A stretch of 63,869 bases of DNA from positions 1-63,869 of the IMG/VR virus record IMGVR_UViG_3300033153_003795; one strand, given 5' to 3'. A program made the translations under genes and the position numbers. The notes under the pieces were generated by a model that saw nothing but the letters and a program-made list of their open reading frames with translations, was not told the origin of the DNA and did no database searches. Numbering within the stretch: the stretch's first letter is position 1; each line of letters opens with the position of its first letter. Source of the stretch: a virus. Lineage: Duplodnaviria; Caudoviricetes. Shown here in pieces: positions 56,884-63,869 of the stretch.

Positions 56884-57087
56884 TTAAAATATTTTGTATC
56901 GGCCTAGGAAATCTCGCCATTGGTACTGACGGAGACGTTCTAGGCTATTAGTAGCGTCTTCTATATTGTAGTAGTCTTCAAGAGTAAGCTCTTTATACTT
57001 CTTAGGTACAAATTTACTACTCTTGACTTCTTCTTCAGTTAGTGTGCATACAGGAAACTCTTTAGAATCCTGTTTCACATTGTCCAC
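56884..57087 (-). CDS. Hypothetical protein
   Basis: 67 aa ORF overlapping the RNR end. Confidence 0.45.
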   Translation of the reverse strand: MDNVKQDSKEFPVCTLTEEEVKSSKFVPKKYKELTLEDYYNIEDATNSLERLRQYQWRDFLGRYKIF

Positions 57088-59260
57088 CGCTACAACCTTG
57101 TGATGCGAGGGTATCTACGTCTACAAACTCTTTAGCGTCCAGGTCTATTACCCAGTCGATAGGTTTGATATTGTTCTGTATACGCCACCATTTGTGTAGG
57201 TTATATACATCTTTAAGACAATCACCGCATTCGGCTGTTGAGTTGAAATGTTGAGAGAACTTATTAAAGCGTCTTACAAAATCGTTTTTAAGAAGATGCT
57301 TGTGGTTATCTTCAAGTTGCTCGCCGAAACCTAGTGCTGTATTAATTGCAACCCATAGGTCATTGTTAAAAGCGTTCATTCCTGCCTCGATGAGACCACT
57401 AGAGAATAATGATTCTTGACCATACTTGGTGGTAATTGTATCTAAATCTAGTACTTCTGTGAATGGAGCTTGTGGGTAAGCTTTGTCACCTGAAGCAGCT
57501 AGAAGAGATACACCGCATAAAGAGTGTCTATTATCGTAGATATATTTTTCTACTTCGTCCCAGTCATCTACTGTGATGGTGTTAGACACGTTGTGTTTTA
57601 GAAATGGTTTTACACATAGATCGTGATTGGTTCCGTGTTCAATCCAGTTATCTTGTACGTTTTTAATGTATGCTAGTTGTTTAACTCCTAGAAGATCTGC
57701 TTTGTATATACTGTTCTCTGGTGATACTATTGGGAATGCCATTACGTAATCTGTACCGTTTGACCATACAGATTCTTCACACATTTCAGGATTCTTGTCA
57801 TGGAATAGCTTTGCTACTTCTGATTCTTTGTTCATTTGAACGTGTCTGATATAGTGTTTTGAGTGTTCTCCATGGATACCGGATGCTGTACCTAGTATTA
57901 CTGAAGCATTGCCAGAAGGTTTAACTACTGTAGTACGCGCTGCTTGGTTAATACCGATTAGGTCTGCTACAATTTTATTCCATTTCTTGACTTCTTCTGC
58001 ACCAGCTTTTTGGTTGGCTTCATCAAATAGGATGTCTGGATTATTCATCCAACCTGTTATGCCTACTCCGATTAAGGCTTCTCTAGCTACAATTTCAGAT
58101 GTTGCTTCAGATGCATATTTGAATTCTGTGTAGCCTGCTTGAAGTGTACCTAGTATACTTGCTGCTTTACACTGAGCGAGAAACTCTTCTTTTGTATTGC
58201 TAAGAGAGCCGTTGATTTCTGTAAGGTTACACATTTGCCAGCCTGAACGACCATCATCAGTGTAGCCATACATACCTACTTCTACGCAGGGGTTAAATAA
58301 TATGTCTAAGTCGTCTGTCCATACGAAACCTGGTTCTCCAGAGTGTTGTACTGAGTACATAATTTCTGCAAATTCTTCTTTAGTTGTTGTTTCTCTATGG
58401 AGAACTACAGAGTTATTGCTTCTTCCTCTTTGAGGATTTGATACGTACCAGTCTCCTGTTTTAGCTGTAATCATCTCTTTGTCTTCTTTTGAGGATAAAC
58501 AGATTGATGCTGCTCTACGTACTCCACCGGAGATTACCGCATCTGCCATATGCATAGCGATATCGTAAGCTACAATTGGACGTAGTTTAGTTTCTTCGTT
58601 AGCTAGAGAGGTTTTAATAAGGAGCTCTATTTTGTCTAGTGCTCTACGAAGAGGTTCTGGACCAGGTGCTTTAAAACCCCCTGAGATTTCTGCGCCTTTA
58701 GGACGTATTTTAGATAGGTCGAAATAGATTTTTCTACCTCTAAAATTCTCGTCTCCTCCAGATACGAAGAATGAGCTTACTAGGGCGCCTACTGCGTCTG
58801 CCCATCCTTCGATACTGTCTGGTACGACGAATGTTTTAGCACTTTTTGTACGCGTAGTTATTTCCGGTAGTTTTGAGATGTGGTGGGTTTGTACACTAAA
58901 TCCGATACCGCATCCGCTTAACATTAGTTGGAATGCTTCTTTAAAGAAGTCGACTCTGTCTAGGTATGTTGCAGTACAGTTGTATAGTTTAGCGTGGTTT
59001 CGTAAGAGCTGTTCGCCACCGAATTGTAGTGCTCTTTGTGCTCCGAGAATTTGTTTATTTTCGTAAGCTGTTTGAGATATGTGCATTAAATCACGAAGTT
59101 CTTGTGTCATTACATTAGCGTAGTATGTGTGGTGCATATCCATTACTCTAGCTACAGCTTCTTCCCAGCTCTCATACTTGTCTTGTTCGTTATTAAAACG
59201 AGCATATGACTCGTAAAATTTTGCATTTGACATCAAGGTACTTGCGTTTATTTCTTCCAT
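57062..59260 (-). CDS. nrdJ: Ribonucleotide reductase, probably class II (B12-dependent, monomeric RTPR-like)
   Basis: NPC.E, CNLTE, TTVVKPSGNAS, C-terminal CSGGQC; no beta subunit gene nearby. Confidence 0.8.
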   Translation of the reverse strand: MEEINASTLMSNAKFYESYARFNNEQDKYESWEEAVARVMDMHHTYYANVMTQELRDLMHISQTAYENKQILGAQRALQFGGEQLLRNHAKLYNCTATYLDRVDFFKEAFQLMLSGCGIGFSVQTHHISKLPEITTRTKSAKTFVVPDSIEGWADAVGALVSSFFVSGGDENFRGRKIYFDLSKIRPKGAEISGGFKAPGPEPLRRALDKIELLIKTSLANEETKLRPIVAYDIAMHMADAVISGGVRRAASICLSSKEDKEMITAKTGDWYVSNPQRGRSNNSVVLHRETTTKEEFAEIMYSVQHSGEPGFVWTDDLDILFNPCVEVGMYGYTDDGRSGWQMCNLTEINGSLSNTKEEFLAQCKAASILGTLQAGYTEFKYASEATSEIVAREALIGVGITGWMNNPDILFDEANQKAGAEEVKKWNKIVADLIGINQAARTTVVKPSGNASVILGTASGIHGEHSKHYIRHVQMNKESEVAKLFHDKNPEMCEESVWSNGTDYVMAFPIVSPENSIYKADLLGVKQLAYIKNVQDNWIEHGTNHDLCVKPFLKHNVSNTITVDDWDEVEKYIYDNRHSLCGVSLLAASGDKAYPQAPFTEVLDLDTITTKYGQESLFSSGLIEAGMNAFNNDLWVAINTALGFGEQLEDNHKHLLKNDFVRRFNKFSQHFNSTAECGDCLKDVYNLHKWWRIQNNIKPIDWVIDLDAKEFVDVDTLASQGCSGGQCETGF

Positions 59261-59292
59261 TTTTATCCTTTGTTAATTTTTATAGGGTTTGT

Positions 59293-59324
59293 ATTATAGC
59301 TAAGTTAAGCTTGATATTGCTTTA
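59293..59324 (-). promoter_or_regulatory. Promoter for the RNR operon
   Basis: Minus strand TAAAG..TCAAG..GCTATAAT. Confidence 0.55.
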
Positions 59325-59704
59325 ATTGTTATCTCACATCTTGGATTTTCTTTGGACTGTTCGATTACTTCCCAAGTACCGCCCATATCAAATTTAACGT
59401 TATCGTTAGAGATTAATGATAGCTCTTGTAAAGCGTCTAATAGGAATTTCTCAATCATAGGAACGATATTACGTCCATCGCATGACGGATTTTTGTAATA
59501 GAGTTTAGTGTGAAGTTTATAAGCTTCTTTTATAGGCTCTGCTGTTTGTAGCTGATTATGTACTAGTTCGTGAAAGTCTTGTTTCATTTTGTTCTGAGTA
59601 TGGTAATGAGCGTTTCTGTAAAAGTTAAGCCCGACTAAATGTGTAGTGGAGGGCTTAGTTTTTTTATGGTTAGTCCAATATATGGGTAACGTTACATTAA
59701 GCAT
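59300..59704 (-). CDS. RusA-like Holliday junction resolvase
   Basis: N.YRN.H; D..N....KF.LDAL......DN; PR.EI. Confidence 0.75.
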   Translation of the reverse strand: MLNVTLPIYWTNHKKTKPSTTHLVGLNFYRNAHYHTQNKMKQDFHELVHNQLQTAEPIKEAYKLHTKLYYKNPSCDGRNIVPMIEKFLLDALQELSLISNDNVKFDMGGTWEVIEQSKENPRCEITIKAISSLT

Positions 59705-60230
59705 GTACTATTGACCAGTCCTCACTTAACATATCTGATTGTGACGCAAGCCACGGTACAATTTCACCTGTAGCAGTCTTCATATCGATATGTGCGTGAT
59801 AACTGATTTCAGTACCTTCTTTATAGATTCCTAGTAAAGGAGGACGATTAACTTTGAACGTGCTTCCAGGTACTAGAAAGATAAACATACTTTTTCCATT
59901 CCATCCTTCACGTGCAACTTTATAACCTTCTTTTATATAATGGACAGCTTGACCAAAGTTCATGCACTTACCTGACATAGATAAGTCACTTGCTACTGGA
60001 ACTGGAAACACTGCGAGTTCTAAGTTGTCTTCAAAGTATTTTTTAGCTACTAGCCATTGGTCATTATGATTTTTAGGGTTTCTAGCAATCATGTCACCAG
60101 GTTTAGGTGAATCATTACATAGGTCAGCATCCGATACGGATACTCCACTATTTATAAGTGCTAGTTTAGTATCTTGTTCTACAACAGGTCTCATTTCTGA
60201 TAGACCTTTACGTTTATATTGTGACCACAT
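59697..60230 (-). CDS. Two-domain protein: PGD-motif N-domain + DUF2829 (Tad2-like)
   Basis: MNFGQA....G.KVAR.GWNGK.MFI.L...VPWLASQ.D.L.EDW. Confidence 0.8.
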   Translation of the reverse strand: MWSQYKRKGLSEMRPVVEQDTKLALINSGVSVSDADLCNDSPKPGDMIARNPKNHNDQWLVAKKYFEDNLELAVFPVPVASDLSMSGKCMNFGQAVHYIKEGYKVAREGWNGKSMFIFLVPGSTFKVNRPPLLGIYKEGTEISYHAHIDMKTATGEIVPWLASQSDMLSEDWSIVHA

Positions 60231-60424
60231 TACAAGTTCACTTTATCATTAGCTACTAATGTTGCTCTAAGATGAGTACCACTCTTACCAATATCAGTTG
60301 AGTGTTTACGAATTCTACGAGAACTAGCTTTTGTTGGACGTTTAGCAAATGCTTCAATTTCTTCAAGTGTTACTTCTAGTAAATATTTGTAGCTATCTAA
60401 GTCTTGGTTTATATTTTGTGCCAT
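60230..60424 (-). CDS. Histone H1-like Hc1 family protein
   Basis: F...TKASSRRIRK....K....R pattern. Confidence 0.55.
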   Translation of the reverse strand: MAQNINQDLDSYKYLLEVTLEEIEAFAKRPTKASSRRIRKHSTDIGKSGTHLRATLVANDKVNL

Positions 60425-60541
60425 TTAAGGTCCTTGTGTTAAATTATCCCCACTTAAGGGGGTAGGTATAGGTCTTACATAGAAAACGTTAAACTTCACA
60501 TATAGCGATGCAAGAGGTTGTTGCCTACTGCCTATTAGTAG

Positions 60542-61042
60542 TTACCAGCTTGCTTGATAGTGATATGTACCATTACTAGGTAAATTATCTATAATAACTA
60601 TAGTGTCTTCTAGATCTTGGTAAAACCAGCTATCTATAGTTGTTGAACCAAAGAAGAAGCCTTCTGTTGGAAGTAGTGGTAGATTTTCTTTTAAATCGGT
60701 CCATGTTTTACAGTCTCCGTCTATTTTAGAGGGTTGTGTAGTATCTAGGATTTTTTTAGTATCTTCGCACGCTTTACGTAACTCTAATAGCTTATCGAGG
60801 CTTACCCACGACCTTTGGCATTCATCTACGCCGTTTTGTACGTTTTCTACAAACCAGTTATGAATAGCGTTTGCTTTACGCCAATAGCCTACAGCTTCTA
60901 TAATTTCCGATATTTTTGATACATCTATTTCGATAGGTTTACTATTATCGCCTGATGTTAAGTTTATTGAGCCTTTTACTTTTCTATGCTCGTAATTAGC
61001 GCCTATGTAAATTTCTTTTGTTAAGTACATATCTAGTCCCAT
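60542..61042 (-). CDS. Conserved phage protein
   Basis: MGLDMYL..YWRKANAIH.WF..LP..GFFFG..Y.ASW. Confidence 0.75.
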   Translation of the reverse strand: MGLDMYLTKEIYIGANYEHRKVKGSINLTSGDNSKPIEIDVSKISEIIEAVGYWRKANAIHNWFVENVQNGVDECQRSWVSLDKLLELRKACEDTKKILDTTQPSKIDGDCKTWTDLKENLPLLPTEGFFFGSTTIDSWFYQDLEDTIVIIDNLPSNGTYHYQASW

Positions 61043-61581
61043 TATGTTTCCTTTAAGTTTTTGTATAAATCTATGTCTGGTCTTTTTATATCGAAGTGGT
61101 TGATAAGGTTTTCTATATCGGTATCGAGTTCGTCGTTATCATCGTCCCAGTACCAACAATCTAAATCTTCTTTAAAGTATTCTGTACCTTGCCAGTTTAT
61201 TCTTTCTATTGAATTGTAGTCGTATTCGTTGTTCTCTTCAAGACCGTCTTCGTTTACTGTTACCCAGTGGTAAAAAGCACAACCTGGTTCTGCGTCATGA
61301 TATTCTAGTTCTAGGTAGAATTTCTTTGCTACTAGAATAAAGAATCCACTAGGAGAGCACCATCTACCTGAACCAACTATTGTGATAATGCTGTCGTCTT
61401 TTTGGTAGTCATGGATTTCCATACCAGAGAATAGTGAACGGTCTGCTACTGAATCGCCATCAGCTAGGCTTCGTGAATCTAACCATTCGCTGTCTATAAG
61501 GTCAGTGATAAACTTATTAGCGTCTGTGATGCTGTTAGAACATCCTGTTAGTGTTACTTCTGTGCTACTCCAATTTGCCAT
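61042..61581 (-). CDS. YubB/DUF1281-like protein
   Basis: MANW....; W..P; Y..AEPG..F. Confidence 0.5.
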   Translation of the reverse strand: MANWSSTEVTLTGCSNSITDANKFITDLIDSEWLDSRSLADGDSVADRSLFSGMEIHDYQKDDSIITIVGSGRWCSPSGFFILVAKKFYLELEYHDAEPGCAFYHWVTVNEDGLEENNEYDYNSIERINWQGTEYFKEDLDCWYWDDDNDELDTDIENLINHFDIKRPDIDLYKNLKET

Positions 61582-63524
61582 TATAAGTCCTTTAGTACTT
61601 TAATTATTTCTGCTAGTGAAGCATCGTTAGGTATTTGAGTCATATCTGCCCAATCTAATCCAATTTCACTTATTGCAGTATTCTTGATAATTTGGTCTTT
61701 AGTCCAGTCTTGGACCATTAAAGGTACTAGCCTGTCATTGACCCATTTAATTGTGGTTGCATCTTTTTTTACTATGTAGTAAATCGAGTCATAAATCGTT
61801 GATATACATTGTATGTCATTTGACATACTATTTAGGTCGATAAGTTGATGCATTTTGTTAATTACTAGTAAGGTTAGAATTGACCAGAATTGACAAGTTG
61901 CGTTATTAAGCGTTCTGATGTCTCTGTTAGGATTATCAGATTTGATATAGCAACCTAATCCTAAGTGAACTTTGCCATGTTCTTGAGCTATTGGTAGAAC
62001 GTACTCTTCTCGGTATTGAGTAATTCCTGGGTATAGTTCGTTATGGTATGAATTGAAGATTGCTTCAGCTGCAGGTATAGATATTTTTAGAGATGAGGCT
62101 ACTTTAGGCGGGTATGCTCCGTATGATAGACCGAATGTTGCCGGTTTACCTTTTTGTCGGATAGCTTTTAGTTCTTTATGACCTTCTTCGCATAGGCGGT
62201 AGAATTCTTTAACGTCAGTAGTTGTGTCATTAGTTATCATCATGTGTTTAGATACTTCGTCTTTGAAATAGCCGTAGGCGTTTAGGCAGTGGCCATCTAG
62301 ACCTTCTAGGAATATGTTACACTTGTTGGTGTCATGTGATAGTGATGCGATTACACGATCTTCTAGAGCTCCATAGTCTATTGCTAGTACGACGTAACCT
62401 GGTGGTGCTATGAAGCATTTCTTAACTGGTTTGGAGTATATAGAACGTGTTGAAGGCATATTTAATAAGTTAGGGTTGCTACTAGTTAGTCTAAAAGACT
62501 TAGCTCCGAATAGTTTTAAATCGCCGTATAAACGACCATCTATAGTGTACTTGTAGAAAGCTTGTACGAAGTTATCTCTTACGATAGCTCCGAAGGAATA
62601 GTCTATTAGGGCTTGGCAGAGTTCTTTTTCGTCAGGGTCGATTGTAGTTTTGAAGACATTTTCTACGTTGTCTCTATCCCACGAGTATTTGTTTTTAGGT
62701 GGTGTGGGTTTAGGATTACCGTAGCGCTGTGCTATACGAAGTTTCTTTTCATATGTTTTATAAGCGTCGCCTAGTTTGTCAGATTTGTAGCCTAGCATGT
62801 CGGTAAAGATGTCGTGTTTTTGATCTGGACTGCCTGGATTAAAGTTTGGTATGTCTAGCCCTGATAACGATGATACTTGTTCTTCGAATTTACGATTGTA
62901 TATAGTAGCTCTATCATGCGCTAGACGTTGCATAGCCTCTTTAACGTACTTAGAGTTACCTTCGTTCAGTTTTCCGTCCAGTAGGCGTCGTAGTATGGGT
63001 TTAGACGCTGCAAACTTCTTAACTTGAGCTGCTGTCCATTTAGGTACACCTGTAGGTAGTAGATCTGATGGACTAGTCATAGAAACTGCGTTTGAGAATT
63101 CTTGCATAAAGTAAGAACGATGGTCCATTTTTTTATGGTCGAAGGGTTTTAGGTAGTAGTCAGGTGAACGACACATACCTAATCGGTCTTCGATGTATTC
63201 TTTATGGAGTTTTTTGTAGCGTTCTGCTTGATAGGCTTTTACTATTTTGTTGGTTTTAAGGGTCTTGTGTACTTTAGCGATTGTAATGTCTAGTGAGGCT
63301 TCGAGTTCTTTTACTTTTTTTAGGTCGATAGGTAAACCATTCATCATGATGCGGACTACGTCTTTGATTAGGTGTTTTGAGACATTGTCGTAGAAGTAAC
63401 CGAATGGTGGTGATTCTTCACTAGGTGTAGGTGCTGGAAGTAAATCGTGAGGAGAGAACACTTCACTAGTTTTACGGTTAATTGTATAGTTAGTCATCTC
63501 TCGTTTCTTCAGCGGAGATTTCAC
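61581..63524 (-). CDS. Family A DNA polymerase, polymerase domain only
   Basis: RL.S..PNL.N.P; motif A DYGALE.R; motif B RQ.GK..TFG..YG; motif C IYDS. Confidence 0.9.
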   Translation of the reverse strand: MKSPLKKREMTNYTINRKTSEVFSPHDLLPAPTPSEESPPFGYFYDNVSKHLIKDVVRIMMNGLPIDLKKVKELEASLDITIAKVHKTLKTNKIVKAYQAERYKKLHKEYIEDRLGMCRSPDYYLKPFDHKKMDHRSYFMQEFSNAVSMTSPSDLLPTGVPKWTAAQVKKFAASKPILRRLLDGKLNEGNSKYVKEAMQRLAHDRATIYNRKFEEQVSSLSGLDIPNFNPGSPDQKHDIFTDMLGYKSDKLGDAYKTYEKKLRIAQRYGNPKPTPPKNKYSWDRDNVENVFKTTIDPDEKELCQALIDYSFGAIVRDNFVQAFYKYTIDGRLYGDLKLFGAKSFRLTSSNPNLLNMPSTRSIYSKPVKKCFIAPPGYVVLAIDYGALEDRVIASLSHDTNKCNIFLEGLDGHCLNAYGYFKDEVSKHMMITNDTTTDVKEFYRLCEEGHKELKAIRQKGKPATFGLSYGAYPPKVASSLKISIPAAEAIFNSYHNELYPGITQYREEYVLPIAQEHGKVHLGLGCYIKSDNPNRDIRTLNNATCQFWSILTLLVINKMHQLIDLNSMSNDIQCISTIYDSIYYIVKKDATTIKWVNDRLVPLMVQDWTKDQIIKNTAISEIGLDWADMTQIPNDASLAEIIKVLKDL

Positions 63525-63723
63525 CGTTTACTATTAAGCCTGATATATCTTCGCTTGTTAGATATAGGCGTCTAGCGTCTATTGCTTCGTATATAATACG
63601 TCCTGATTCTTCATCTATGTTAGCCATAGAAACTGAAGTACCATAAGCTATTAATTGGTCTAAGTTCATACTTACAGTATTTTTAACTAAGTCATCTAAG
63701 TGGTCTTTAATTAATGTTGTCAT
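63490..63723 (-). CDS. Hypothetical protein between exonuclease and polymerase genes
   Basis: 77 aa; GAGGA RBS. Confidence 0.55.
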   Translation of the reverse strand: MTTLIKDHLDDLVKNTVSMNLDQLIAYGTSVSMANIDEESGRIIYEAIDARRLYLTSEDISGLIVNGEISAEETRDD

Positions 63724-63725
63724 TG

Positions 63726-63869
63726 TTATTCCTCATCTTGATTTTCTAGGTAGTGGTTTATATTTGTCCATAGTTTGTATGTAGCACATCCATCCGTAGC
63801 TGCGTATTTAAGCATATAAGGCTCGTACATCTCAGAAACTTTAAAGTTGCTAGCTGAAGTTGCCCATGC
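63726..63869 (-). CDS. 3'-5' exonuclease domain, C-terminal end (truncated by window)
   Basis: ...MLKYAATDGCATYKLW...EE*; ExoIII YxxxD motif. Confidence 0.7.
   Translation of the reverse strand, partial: AWATSASNFKVSEMYEPYMLKYAATDGCATYKLWTNINHYLENQDEE

Noticed and set aside
1-63869. Genome-wide TAG recoding
   Set aside because: Only one clear internal TAG; many genes end at TAG right before the next RBS or start; no suppressor tRNA

Overview
A 63.9 kb, circularly permuted piece of an N4-like (Schitoviridae-type) podovirus genome. The host is probably a Campylobacterota species, inferred from repeated TAAG-periodic/TATAAT promoters, AAGGA ribosome-binding sites and a tRNA-Arg(UCG). Layout: small early genes on the minus strand (1-1.5 kb); a non-coding divergence region with repeats; an RHH-like/ParB-like gene pair; a 13-tRNA array; terminase; several tail fibre and LamG modules; lysis genes; portal, scaffold and capsid; ejection proteins; and a split virion RNA polymerase (plus strand, to 50.7 kb). 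A convergent minus-strand block follows: MTase, ThyX, PhoH, ClpP-like protease, class II RNR, RusA-like resolvase, Tad2/DUF2829, Hc1-like protein and a split PolA. Five free-standing homing-endonuclease-like genes are scattered through the late region. Best candidates for new biology: (1) a translation-stress module around the tRNA array, made of a leader peptide with mutually exclusive hairpins, an unassigned ~215-nt structured RNA, and an ArfA-like minigene whose stop codon lies inside tRNA-His; (2) a split vRNAP whose only two cysteines in ~3,400 residues sit on either side of the split, with an SNase-like domain at its N-terminus. All family assignments come from motif recognition by eye; no searches were run.
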